Shown: piece after piece, positions 1 through 10,200 of the stretch
Position numbering within the stretch: the first letter of the stretch is position 1
Layout: every line of letters starts with the position of its first letter
From: Candidatus Obscuribacteraceae bacterium
GTDB taxonomy: Bacteria; Cyanobacteriota; Vampirovibrionia; Obscuribacterales; Obscuribacteraceae
Direction of reading: 5' to 3'
Length of the DNA: 64,000 bases
Assembly: GCA_044229845.1 (NCBI GenBank)
Contig: JBGASG010000005.1
Span: forward strand, 32,001-96,000
Position numbers and translations under genes: made by a program
Notes under the pieces: model-generated
What the model saw: the letters and a program-made list of their open reading frames with translations, nothing else
The model's database searches: none
What the model was told of the DNA's origin: nothing

Positions 1-773
1 CACAATTTGAAATTGAACGAGTGTCTGGGAGCGGCCCGGATGGCGACTACCAGGGCGCACACGCCCAGCACCACCATGACGAAAGTGGCAGCCGTCGTGT
101 ACAGGGAGTTATAACTGCGCATCTCCCTGTACTCAGCATTCCAAGGCCGTGGCGCAATAGCGGAATAGCGAAACGCCGTCACAACGTTGCCGCTGACGGT
201 GACATCCACTTCGCAATACCCGTTGTCCGGCTGTTTCCAGGAAAATTGGTGGTCTATGCGATTTACTTGTACCTTGTCTTCAGCTGAGATAACCTTCCAT
301 CCCTCGATTGAGACGGGCAGTTCCTTTGCCACAAACGATCGAGCCAGCGCTTCCGCCGCCGGTCGATCGAGTGAAGGCAATTTCTTGTCATTGCTAAGGG
401 TGACTTCCAGCTCCTGGAGTTGTCCCGAGGGCGAAAATCCAATTACGGCTGACTCGGGATCGCTTTCCTTTTTGAAGGAGCAGTGCCAGATCCAAATGGG
501 CAGTTTGGGTAAGTCGTCAGTTAAGTGGTGGAGTTCGAAGTATGCACTGGTGACAGCGTCTTCTTGCAGCTTCACCGAACTGAGCATGCCCTCGCGATAA
601 AAGCCGAACTGCTGCAACTTGGCTTTGGCCCTGGCGAGGATCTCGTGTTTGGGTACGGAGAAGTTGATCGATGCGGCGGGAAAAGCTTCCCTCTTCAGGC
701 GAAATCCGAAGATGCCACCCACGATGCCGAGGATGACAACGATAATGAAGGCGCGCGATGTGTTTATCTTCAC
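1..773 (-). CDS. Membrane protein, probably the N-terminal part of a large CPBP/CAAX-type intramembrane protease; runs off the left edge
   Basis: Not in the ORF track because it has no stop in the window. Manual translation from GTG at 773 gives MKINTSRAFIIVVILGIVGGIFGFRLKREAFPAASINFSVPK...NRIDHQFSW..., open to base 1, with an N-terminal TM helix and a second TM near the edge. The family call is from resemblance only; the catalytic part is not visible. Confidence 0.6.
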   Translation of the reverse strand, partial: MKINTSRAFIIVVILGIVGGIFGFRLKREAFPAASINFSVPKHEILARAKAKLQQFGFYREGMLSSVKLQEDAVTSAYFELHHLTDDLPKLPIWIWHCSFKKESDPESAVIGFSPSGQLQELEVTLSNDKKLPSLDRPAAEALARSFVAKELPVSIEGWKVISAEDKVQVNRIDHQFSWKQPDNGYCEVDVTVSGNVVTAFRYSAIAPRPWNAEYREMRSYNSLYTTAATFVMVVLGVCALVVAIRAAPRHSFNFKL

Positions 774-907
774 GTAGTTGGACTGGTTTCCACCCGGATT
801 CTACAACCAGTGTCGCGTCATCAGTACTTGATAATCTCAGTCTTTAGGTCAATCAGGTCAGCCCAGACGCGATTCGCGATTACAAGGAGTCCGGCGGGGC
901 TTGCGAA

Positions 908-1396
908 TCAATGGAACATTCCGTACCACGGATGATTTGCCTCTGGCAGATACGGCCAATCGCTCTTCCTATCCAGACTTTTCCTGGAAGCCTCTGCTTG
1001 ATCTGGCGTGAGAAAAATTCCGAACAGGTCATTGCCGCCGTTGATTGCATAGAATCGATAGTCCGAATTTATTTCAGCCAGCTGGCTGTTGATGATGGAA
1101 AAGAGCGCGCATGTCCCTCTTCCCCAGCTTTGCCCTTCAGAGTCTTCAAGTTCAGGACCATAAACAGGATACTCCTGCCCGTTGCAACGTACCGAATATG
1201 ATCCTTCGTCGTTATCGGCCACTTCCTCGATGGCGGCTGGTTGCAAACCGTACTCTTGCAGCGTTGGAGTGAGTAAGTTATAGGCCTCGCCAATTCCCTC
1301 CTCCGCCAGATTTTCGGCATCGAGAATAATCGCTTTATCGTAATCAAGTTCAAAATCAGCCAAGGATTCAGATCCTCCCGCTAGCAATAAAGGCAA
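908..1396 (-). CDS. Hypothetical acidic protein
   Basis: 162-aa ORF with globular-protein composition (FYAINGGNDLFGIFLT); start uncertain. Confidence 0.7.
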   Translation of the reverse strand: MPLLLAGGSESLADFELDYDKAIILDAENLAEEGIGEAYNLLTPTLQEYGLQPAAIEEVADNDEGSYSVRCNGQEYPVYGPELEDSEGQSWGRGTCALFSIINSQLAEINSDYRFYAINGGNDLFGIFLTPDQAEASRKSLDRKSDWPYLPEANHPWYGMFH

Positions 1397-1925
1397 CTTT
1401 CAAATGGCGTTATCTCTTCGGTTCTTCGTCGGACATGCAATCCTTCCGAGCAGCGAGCTGCGACTGGTGTGGGCGGATGTCTTTAGCTTGACGATCATTG
1501 GCTTTTTGATCAACGGTCAATAATAACAAGACGACCGTTCAAGTTCCAGTGTGGACAACGGACCGGAGGAGCACGTACCAGCGATTTGCGGCGGCCGCTT
1601 CTTTTAATTGATTGACGTAGTACCGGAACGACGGATCGTCCAACACCTCCACACCCATCTCGTCGTCTGCCATCTCAGCGAACAGGTCGACTATCCAGTG
1701 TTGGTCGATCGCATCACCGTCCGGATGTGGTATCGCAGGATCGACATCAAATTGCCATTGAGAAACGAACTTGGTGTTTGGAACAACAGCGCCATCGGGT
1801 TGCTTCTTGATCTTTTCGTGTTGATCAGCAGGTTGTCCTTGCTCGTGATTAACCAGATTGCAAGCACTTCTTGCCGAACGTTGCTATAAGAAAGCATCAA
1901 CACGTCTTGCAGGAATCAGCCACTA

Positions 1926-3614
1926 ATGTACGCGCCAGTTAAACCAAACCATTCTCTCTTTGAAAAACACAAACAGATGATCGAACAGGCAATAGATGCT
2001 GTTCACGAGCGCGCCTACTGGTCACCGTTTCCGGAGATGCCTTCGCCTGACGCATACGGCGCCACTGCCGAAGCCGATCAGAAGCAAAGATATGAGAGGC
2101 AGCTCGGACATAAATTCGAGCGACTGACGCAATCGCATGATGGTTGGCTGCAGAGCGACGAGCAAAGTCCTTACACTCAGCAAGACTTGGGCATCTCGTA
2201 TCCGGTTTTGAATAACGCCAAGGACTACATCAAAGCATCAGACGCAGCGCTTGTCGAGTGGCGCAAAACCGACGTAGAGACCCGCGCCGGTGTGCTGGCA
2301 GAAGCGCTCGACCGGATGAAAAACAGTTTTTATGAAATCGCCGTGAGCACCATGCACACCACGGGGCAGTCGTATCTCATGAGCTTTCAGGCGAGCGGAC
2401 CACATGCTGCGGACCGCGCGCTCGAAGCTCTAGCACTGGGCTGCCATGAAATCAAGCGGTTTCCCCGCAATGTCGTCTGGGAGAAACCTGCGGGAAAAGG
2501 CAATCTGAAACTTGAAAAGCACTACACCGTTGTGCCGCGAGGACTGAGCCTCGCTATCGGCTGCGCGACATTTCCTATTTGGAATACGTTGCCCGGCGTG
2601 TTTGCCAGCTTGATCACTGCAAACACGGTAATCGTAAAACCACACCCGAACGGAATTTATCCGATTGCTATTGTGGTGGCATTGATTCAACAGGTACTCG
2701 CGGAGAGCGGCTTTAGCCCTGACGTTTGCATGCTGGCCTCCGACAACGCCAATAAGCTGATTACAAAAGAACTCGCGGAAGACCCATCCGTGAAAATCAT
2801 TGATTTCACGGGCAGCAGCGCGTTCGGCAACTACATCGAGGGTCTTCCGGGAAAAATCACGTTCACTGAGAAGTCGGGCGTCAACAGTGTTGTGATCGAC
2901 AGCGTTGCCGACCTTGGTGCTGTGGCGCAAAATCTTGCGTTTAGCCTGAACCTATACAGTGGGCAAATGTGCACCGCGCCGCAAAACCTTTTCATTCCAA
3001 AGGACGGTATCAAAAGTGGTGGCAGCAACGTTAGCTTTGAAGAAGTCGAGAAAGCTATTGTGGATGCCGTCACGGGTCTGGCGAATCACCCCAAGGCAGG
3101 TCCGGCGGTGCTTGGCGCTATTCAGAGCAAAGCCACGGCACAACGGGTTACGGAAGCGACCAAGCTCGGCGGCAAGGTTTTGCTGGAAGGTAAACCGATT
3201 CCAAATGCTGAATTCCCCAATGCCCGCACGTCGAGTCCGATTATTATCGAAATTCCCTCGAGTGCGACCGGGATTTTTGAACGTGAAATGTTCGGGCCGA
3301 TTGCATTCATCATTCCGACAAGTTCTACTGAGGAAAGCCTTCAGCTTGCGGCTGAAAGTGCGAAAAAACATGGTGCCATCAGCTGCGGTGCCTACACTCA
3401 GGACGAGGCGACGATGCAACGAATTGCTGATGCCATGGCCGAGGTGGGCACGAGTGTTGCCTTCAACCTTACCGGTAACATCTATGTCAACCAGAATGCC
3501 AGCTTCTCAGACTTCCACGTTACCGGCGGCAACCCCGCCGGCAACGCAAGTTTGACCGATCCAGAATTCGTGCTCAAGCGCTTCGTACGCGTGCAAAGCA
3601 AGGTCGCCCGCTAG
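1926..3614 (+). CDS. paaN: Phenylacetate degradation protein PaaN-like aldehyde dehydrogenase
   Basis: ALDH motifs DFTGSS, EKSGVN, SGQMCTAPQN, EMFGP; PaaN-type FQASGPHAADRALEA and C-terminal SDFHVTGGNPAGNASLTD. Confidence 0.88.
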   Translation: MYAPVKPNHSLFEKHKQMIEQAIDAVHERAYWSPFPEMPSPDAYGATAEADQKQRYERQLGHKFERLTQSHDGWLQSDEQSPYTQQDLGISYPVLNNAKDYIKASDAALVEWRKTDVETRAGVLAEALDRMKNSFYEIAVSTMHTTGQSYLMSFQASGPHAADRALEALALGCHEIKRFPRNVVWEKPAGKGNLKLEKHYTVVPRGLSLAIGCATFPIWNTLPGVFASLITANTVIVKPHPNGIYPIAIVVALIQQVLAESGFSPDVCMLASDNANKLITKELAEDPSVKIIDFTGSSAFGNYIEGLPGKITFTEKSGVNSVVIDSVADLGAVAQNLAFSLNLYSGQMCTAPQNLFIPKDGIKSGGSNVSFEEVEKAIVDAVTGLANHPKAGPAVLGAIQSKATAQRVTEATKLGGKVLLEGKPIPNAEFPNARTSSPIIIEIPSSATGIFEREMFGPIAFIIPTSSTEESLQLAAESAKKHGAISCGAYTQDEATMQRIADAMAEVGTSVAFNLTGNIYVNQNASFSDFHVTGGNPAGNASLTDPEFVLKRFVRVQSKVAR

Positions 3615-3621
3615 AGTTTTG

Positions 3622-4518
3622 CTAGTATCGGTTGCCTTCCTTAGTGAGTCCGCCGCCTTTGAATTGAATCATGTGATCGTAGACGGAAGCTGTCCAGTCC
3701 TCTCCGGGCGTCATCTCGACCAGGCGAATGACATTCTGCCCGATGTCGTACCATTTTCCGCTAGTAACCTTACCGAAGTTATTCATTTGCCATGTGCCGT
3801 CGGCCATAACGTTGATCGTTTCCGCTGACTCCGGCTTGCCCCAGGTATAAGTCTGGTTGCCGTTGTAATCGGGACCTCCGGACTTGGTCCAGACGCCGCC
3901 AGTTTTAGTGTACCAGCGTCCTACGCAAGACTCGTCGCCAGGCTTCGAACCGACGAAGAATGGTTTCAACCCAGGTGGTGTAATCGCTTTGTCTCCAAGC
4001 ATCGGGTTGGGGTTCATCTTGCCATATCTGAAGTTGCCTGGTTGGGGTATGCGCCCCCAGTCATCTCGCCCGTGCGCAGCTCCAGCTGGCACCGGCGCTT
4101 TTGCTACGGGCGCTGCCCCACCACGGGCGCCGCCAGCGGGCACCACAGAGGGTGCTGCTTGTTCATGCGGCAGAGCCTGATCGGGCGCGCCTTGATCGGG
4201 CGCAGCGACCTTCGCTTGGTTCGCGCCGGGAGCACCCATTGTCCCTCCGTGCTCAGCATCGAACTCCCAGGCGTCGCAGTTTTTCGTTTCTTCGTGACCG
4301 TCTACCTTCACTTCCCAGCGGCTGGCATACTCGTAGTTAGAACCGCGGTCTTTGATGATGGTACCGGAGACGGTGCCACCGCCAAAGCGTCTCGTGCGGT
4401 CCACGAAGGTAACCCGCATTCCGACTTCAGGTTTTGCATTACCGTTGAAGGTGGCGGATACCGCTACATCGGACGAGAACAGGCAAAGCAAGGTAGCAAA
4501 CACGATTTCGCGCAGCAT
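3622..4518 (-). CDS. Hypothetical secreted protein with an Ala/Pro-rich linker between two beta-rich domains
   Basis: ORF 3622..4575; likely start ATG 4518 (GGAG upstream, signal peptide MLREIVFATLLCLFSSDVAVSA). Confidence 0.7.
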   Translation of the reverse strand: MLREIVFATLLCLFSSDVAVSATFNGNAKPEVGMRVTFVDRTRRFGGGTVSGTIIKDRGSNYEYASRWEVKVDGHEETKNCDAWEFDAEHGGTMGAPGANQAKVAAPDQGAPDQALPHEQAAPSVVPAGGARGGAAPVAKAPVPAGAAHGRDDWGRIPQPGNFRYGKMNPNPMLGDKAITPPGLKPFFVGSKPGDESCVGRWYTKTGGVWTKSGGPDYNGNQTYTWGKPESAETINVMADGTWQMNNFGKVTSGKWYDIGQNVIRLVEMTPGEDWTASVYDHMIQFKGGGLTKEGNRY

Positions 4519-4788
4519 AGCAGGACTCCATATAGTTAGCGCGAAGATCCTACCATTCCGGATTCGCGAGTCCAAGAAGACGAACGTCGTATCAGCCGAT
4601 ATCCGTGTGGATCAAATTTCAGAAGATGACGAAACCGTGCAATCCAGGTTGCGGCTATTCTTCCGCCGGTGTCCATAATTAATCTCGAATGAAGAAGGAT
4701 GGACTTGTTGTCATTGGACGGGCATAAAATCTGCTGAGGATCTTTTGGAGTAAAGAACTACGAAGCTCTCTTTGAGAAACTGAACCAA

Positions 4789-5115
4789 TTGCGACTGCGC
4801 GAACTGCGCGTGGAGAAACTGGAATCCACCGGCACCGCAGCCAGTGGCACCTACCTGCTCATGAGTGGCGCCAACGATTTCGACACTGATCGCCCTGTCA
4901 GAATTCGGTTTGACGGCGTCGGATACATGAATCTCCCGACGCGCTTCGGGTTCGATGAGATGAAACTCGCCCATCCATCGGATGCGCGCCCAATCGAGAC
5001 TTCTTTAAGTTACACCCTCAATCCACCAATTTGGGTGGTATGCATCGAACAGTCGCGCGACGGCGGCCCGCCCGCAAAGTATTTCGTTGCTAACGCTTCC
5101 ACTCGCGCGCTCTAA
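4789..5115 (+). CDS. Hypothetical protein, possibly truncated at its 3' end
   Basis: 108-aa ORF with protein-like composition; overlaps the 3' end of the convergent gene at 5090. Confidence 0.4.
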   Translation: MRLRELRVEKLESTGTAASGTYLLMSGANDFDTDRPVRIRFDGVGYMNLPTRFGFDEMKLAHPSDARPIETSLSYTLNPPIWVVCIEQSRDGGPPAKYFVANASTRAL

Positions 5116-5797
5116 GTTGCGACGAGCGCATTGCCGCCTCTAGTTCCTGGTCGACTGCCTGGAGGTCCGGGTCGGACTGCTGCGGTCTGATGTCCCCAGT
5201 CGCGGACTGGTTATGAGTGATGAGCGAATCCTGCGCTTGTGCTTGCAGTAACTGTTGTTGGAGCGCTTGTTGCTCTGGCTGCCCAGGCAGCAAACCGAAT
5301 CCAGACGGCAATACGACTGGTGTCGGCGGTGGTGGCGGTACCATGAAGCTTGTTTCTGATTTTACAGTTTTTGCTGCGGCGGCTTTTGGCGTTGCGGTCT
5401 GGTTAGAGCCCGGCTTCGTGATTTCGCGCTTTCCAGTTTCATCCTTGTCTGAAGCGACGGTTCGATGTGCACCACCTGTGGAGCCATGATCCTGGACGGC
5501 TGAACCGTCAGCGACCTTCAAGCTTGCTGGCTGTTTCGAGATTGTCGCAGTTTGAGCGACAAAGCTGGGCATCCACGTGGGATTGCAAAAGATGCACAGC
5601 GCTGTCACAGAAACTGCCGCGGCGGCCAGCAGCCAGTACTTAGTCTTATTGCTACGACGCTTGATGACACGTTTCGCCAGGGTTAGTTGCACGCAGTTCG
5701 ATTCGCCGGTATCGACGGCTGAATGCTCTTGCCCCGTTTCTGCAGTGCATGTGCAATGCATCGATAACTCATCTTTTCTCATAGCGTTCATCGCCAA
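5090..5797 (-). CDS. Hypothetical single-TM protein, last gene of the RND operon
   Basis: Start overlaps the OMF stop; hydrophobic segment YWLLAAAAVSVTALCIFC then a Pro/Gln-rich region. Confidence 0.65.
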   Translation of the reverse strand: MAMNAMRKDELSMHCTCTAETGQEHSAVDTGESNCVQLTLAKRVIKRRSNKTKYWLLAAAAVSVTALCIFCNPTWMPSFVAQTATISKQPASLKVADGSAVQDHGSTGGAHRTVASDKDETGKREITKPGSNQTATPKAAAAKTVKSETSFMVPPPPPTPVVLPSGFGLLPGQPEQQALQQQLLQAQAQDSLITHNQSATGDIRPQQSDPDLQAVDQELEAAMRSSQLRAREWKR

Positions 5798-7260
5798 CCG
5801 CCCCCTAGTGCTCGATAGAGATCAACTCTGGACCCGACCAAATTCATTTTCACTTCAACCAATTCTCTTTCCGCATTCAGTTTCTCTTCCTGAGTGAGGA
5901 GTACTTCCACGTAAGTCGCCTTGGCGTACTTAAACAGTTGGTTTGCCGTGACGATAGATTCGTCCAGCAATACGACTTCTCCTTTTTTCTTATCAAATGC
6001 CTGCTGCATATTTCTGATATTCGACACCTCATTAAGAACGTCCGTGTAGGCTTGCAATAAAGTCTGCTCGTAAGTCAAAACCGTTTGGGTTTGGTAGTTA
6101 TCGGCAGTTTTTATTCGTGCAATGATCGCTCGTCGGTTGATCAATGGCATCGTTATGTCACCAATTGCATCGTAGAACAACGACTGTGGTGTTTGAAACA
6201 GCAGTGCCGGGCTAAACCCAGAAAAGCCAGCACCCGCCTTGATCGTCACACTGGGGTAGAGCTGTGCCTTGACACTTTTTAGATCGAGCTTTGCTGCCTT
6301 AATCGCTGCTTCGGCCCGACGAATGTCGGCTCTGTTTTCCAAAAGCTGAGCAGGCACACCCGTCTGCAACTCATCCACAGTCATCGCCATAAACTGCTCA
6401 GAGTGTCTCAATATTGGCGCTGAATCATAGATACCGGTGAGGACCCTCAGACGATTCTCTTTTTCAACAATCCTTTGGCGGGTTTCAAATCGCTGGCTTT
6501 TAGTCTTTAACATCTGGGCTTCAAACCGGTTAACGGCTAACTGGTTTGCTTTGCCATAGCGCTTCAAGAGCTGCATTTTAAGGAAAGCCGCTTCCTGGAT
6601 GGTGATGTTTTCATCCAGTATCTTCAGAGACGTATCCAGAGCCATCAATTCATAGTAGTTGCGTGCTATCTCAGTAACGAGCCTGGAAATTAGATAATTT
6701 CGAACCTCGTATTGAGCTACCATACGCATTCTGGCTGCCTCTTTGGCATTTCTGAATCGTTTCCAGACATCCACTTCCCAGCTCAGGGAAGGGCCCAGAT
6801 TCAAGTTGAAATTTGGATATCTATAAAACTCCCTCTGGGTAATTTCGTCCAACACGCCTTCCTGGGTGTTTTCGGATGGCCTGATGTAGCTTCCGCCAGC
6901 CCCCAAGCCGACTTTAGGCAAGTACTCAGCCTGTTTCTCTTTCACTTCATTGGCAGCAATTTGAATTTCCTGCATCGCAATATTGAATTCCTGGTTATTT
7001 GCCAGGGCTGTTTCAATCAAGTGAACAAGATAAGGATCAGAAAAAAACTTCCGCCAGCTGATGGAAGCCGCACTATGAGCAGAGTCTACGTCCGATAGCT
7101 GCGGAGTGTTGTATTTCTTGGGCACGTTGAATGACTGCTTTTTTTGCAGCAGTTCAAGCGGATGAAACCACGATGTTTTTGCAAAAACAGGCGCGTGAAG
7201 GACTCCCATAAAAGCTATGAGTGTCAAAAGACTAGCGATTTGTTTTCGGTTTCCGCTCAT
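5788..7260 (-). CDS. Outer membrane efflux factor (TolC/NodT family)
   Basis: SWEVDVW, GVPAQLLENRADIRRAE, ATYVEVL and C-terminal LYRALGGGW motifs. Confidence 0.95.
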   Translation of the reverse strand: MSGNRKQIASLLTLIAFMGVLHAPVFAKTSWFHPLELLQKKQSFNVPKKYNTPQLSDVDSAHSAASISWRKFFSDPYLVHLIETALANNQEFNIAMQEIQIAANEVKEKQAEYLPKVGLGAGGSYIRPSENTQEGVLDEITQREFYRYPNFNLNLGPSLSWEVDVWKRFRNAKEAARMRMVAQYEVRNYLISRLVTEIARNYYELMALDTSLKILDENITIQEAAFLKMQLLKRYGKANQLAVNRFEAQMLKTKSQRFETRQRIVEKENRLRVLTGIYDSAPILRHSEQFMAMTVDELQTGVPAQLLENRADIRRAEAAIKAAKLDLKSVKAQLYPSVTIKAGAGFSGFSPALLFQTPQSLFYDAIGDITMPLINRRAIIARIKTADNYQTQTVLTYEQTLLQAYTDVLNEVSNIRNMQQAFDKKKGEVVLLDESIVTANQLFKYAKATYVEVLLTQEEKLNAERELVEVKMNLVGSRVDLYRALGGGWR

Positions 7261-7262
7261 GG

Positions 7263-10200
7263 CTAATCCTTAGGTTTCGCTTCGGCTGCGACCGCAGGTT
7301 TCGTGTCGGCTGCGACCGCAGGTTTCGCTTCGGCTGCGACCGCAGGTTTCGCTTCGGCTACAACCGGAGGTTTCGCTTCGGCTGCGACCGCAGGTTTCGC
7401 GTTGGCTACAACCGGAGGCTTCGCATCGGCTGCGACCGGAGGCTTCGCCTCAGTTACAACCGGAGGCTTCGCCTCAGTTACAACCGGAGGTTTCGCCTCA
7501 GTTACAACCGGAGGTTTCTGGTCGGCTGCAACCGGAGGCTTCGCATCGGCTGCAACTGGTTTCGCCTCAGTTACAACCGGAGGTTTCGGGTCGGCTGCAA
7601 CTGGTTTCGCCTCAGTTACGACTGGTGGCTTCGGGTTTTCTGCCACCGCCACTAGTGGCATCGCATCATCTACAACTGAAGGCTTTGCGTCGGCTGCACT
7701 TCGAGGCTTCAATTTTTTGATCAGTAAAGCAAGGCGCCTCTTTAGCGATTTGTGTTTTTTCGGATGACGGTGCTTGTCGTGACCCACAATCTTTTCAGTG
7801 AGAGTGCTTCGCTCTGTATCTTTCAGCAGGTCTTTGCCATCAACCAGGCTGGCGAAAACAAAGTAGAGCCCTGGAATAATCAACACACCGATGATGGTGC
7901 CCGTAAGCATCCCGCCGATGGCAGACGAACCAAGGGTTCTGTTCCCGACTGCCCCGGCGCCCGCCGATAACATAAGGGGAATAAGACCTGCGACAAAGGC
8001 GAAGGACGTCATCAGAATTGGCCTAAATCGCATCCTGGCGCCTTCCAGGGCAGCGTCCAGCAATGGTAAGCCTGCAGACCTTTTTTGAACCGCAAACTCT
8101 ACGATCAAGACAGCATTCTTACCCAACAGTCCAAGCAGGGTGACGATAGCGATTTGTGCATACACATCGTTGGCCAGTCCCATCATTTTGAGCATCCAGA
8201 AGGAGCCAAAAATGCCAACGGGCAAGGAGAAGAGTACTGCCAGGGGCAGTACAAAGCTTTCGTACTGGACCGCCAGCACTAAATAGACAAAGAGCACAAC
8301 AATCAAAGAGATGACGACAAACTCATTGCCTCGTTTCGCTTCGTCGAAGGACAGGTCTTCCCAGGCAATGTCGAAGTCGCGGGACAGGGTCTGTTTAGCC
8401 ACCTCGCGGATAGCCTGAATGGCTTCGCCCGAGGTATATCCTTTCGACGGAAATCCCCGAATGGCGGCAGAGTTGTACATGTTGTAGCGCGTAATTTCGT
8501 TGGGCCCTTTTGTTTTTTTCAGGGTCATAAACGACGTGTAGGGCACCATATCGCCATCTTCGTTTTTGACAAACAGGGTCTTCAAATCATCCAGATTTCT
8601 TCGGTACTCAGGGGATGCCTGGGTAAAGACTTTGAAAAACCGGCCAAATTTGACGAAGCCTTGCTCGTAAGAGCCGCTCATCAGAACATCCAGGTTGTTC
8701 ATAGCCGTTTTGATTGAAACGCCTTTCTGCATGGCCGCCTGGTTATCGATCTGGATTTCAGCTTGCGGGTAGGACGCGTTGTAGAAGGTAAACAGCCCCG
8801 AAATCTCTTTGCGTTTTTTCAGGGCTTCCATAAATTCCTGAGTAGCCGCTTCCAACTCCGGATAGCGGAGGTCGCCGGTTTTATCCAGTAATCGCAAAGA
8901 AAATCCGCCGGAAGAGCCAAAGCCAGGAATGGCCGGCGGCTCGAAAAATTCGACCTTGCCGCCCAATCCAGCAGTCTTATGCTCCAATTCCTCAATTACT
9001 TCATGGACGTTTTGTTTGCGTTCGTCCCAGGGATTGAGGTTGATAAGGCAGGTCCCCGCATTGGAGCCTCTGCCTTCCGTCATGATTTCGTAACCCGCCA
9101 TCGACGTCACCGAGTGGACCCCTTCAGTGGCTTTGGTTCTTTCTTTCAGCTGGCCAATCACTTTGTTTGTATATTCCAGCGAAGACCCCGGTGGTGTTTG
9201 AACAATAGCGTAGATGGTGCCCTGGTCTTCGTTCGGGACAAAGCCGGAGGGCACCTGTTGGCTCATGTAGAAAATGCCGTAGCAAGATAACAGGAAGAAC
9301 GCCATGCACAGTATTTTGTGGGTGACGAGACGCTTCAACAGCCACATGTAGGCACGGGTGAATGCTTCGAAAACGGTATTGAATAGACCAATAAACTTTT
9401 CGAGTATGTTGCGCTTGTGACCGTGACCGGCATGGCTTTTGAGGAATATGGCGCACAAGACAGGCGTCAGCGTTAGCGCCACCACCGCCGAAATAATGAT
9501 GGCGCTGATCATCGTGATGGAAAACTGCCGGTAAAACACACCCACCGGGCCATTGATGAAGGCGATTGGCACAAACACCGAAAACATCACCAGCGTGATA
9601 GCCAGGATCGCGCTTCCCAGTTCGTCCAGGGCTTTTTGCGTGGCCGCATAAGGCGTTAGCGAAGGGTCGTTCTCCATATTGCTGTGGACGGCTTCAATCA
9701 TCACGATGGCGTTATCCACCACAATGCCGACGGCCAGCACGAGAGCAAACAAGGTAATCAGGTTAATGGACATACCAAACATCGCGAGCACCACAAAGGG
9801 CCCGACTAATGAAATAGGTACGGCAATGACAGGAATGACGGTGGAACGCCAGTCCCCCAGAAATAAAAAGACGACCAGGGTGACCAAAATAAACGCATCG
9901 CGGATGGTGTCAATGACCTGCTCGATCGAAGCGTTCAAAAACTTGGAGACATCATAGCTGTACTGGACGTGTATGCCGTCTGGAAACGTCTTAGAGAGTT
10001 CGGCGATTTTTTCTTTGACCTTTTGGATGACTTCCCTGCCATTGCTAGTGGGCGTCTGTTTCAGCACGATAGACGCAGAAGACTTGCCATCGAGATTGGT
10101 GTAAATGTCATAAAACTCACTGCCCAGCTCCACGGTGGCGATGTCTCTAAGCTTGACCATTTCGCCAAATCCGGAGCTTTTGACAATGATATTTTCGTAC

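Noticed and set aside
21..935. Plus-strand ORFs of 88, 137 and 136 aa
   Set aside because: Antisense shadows of the minus-strand gene at 1-773
1539..1880. Minus-strand open stretch (~110 codons) with protein-like composition
   Set aside because: The first standard start gives only 44 aa and there is no recognisable motif; cannot be supported as a gene
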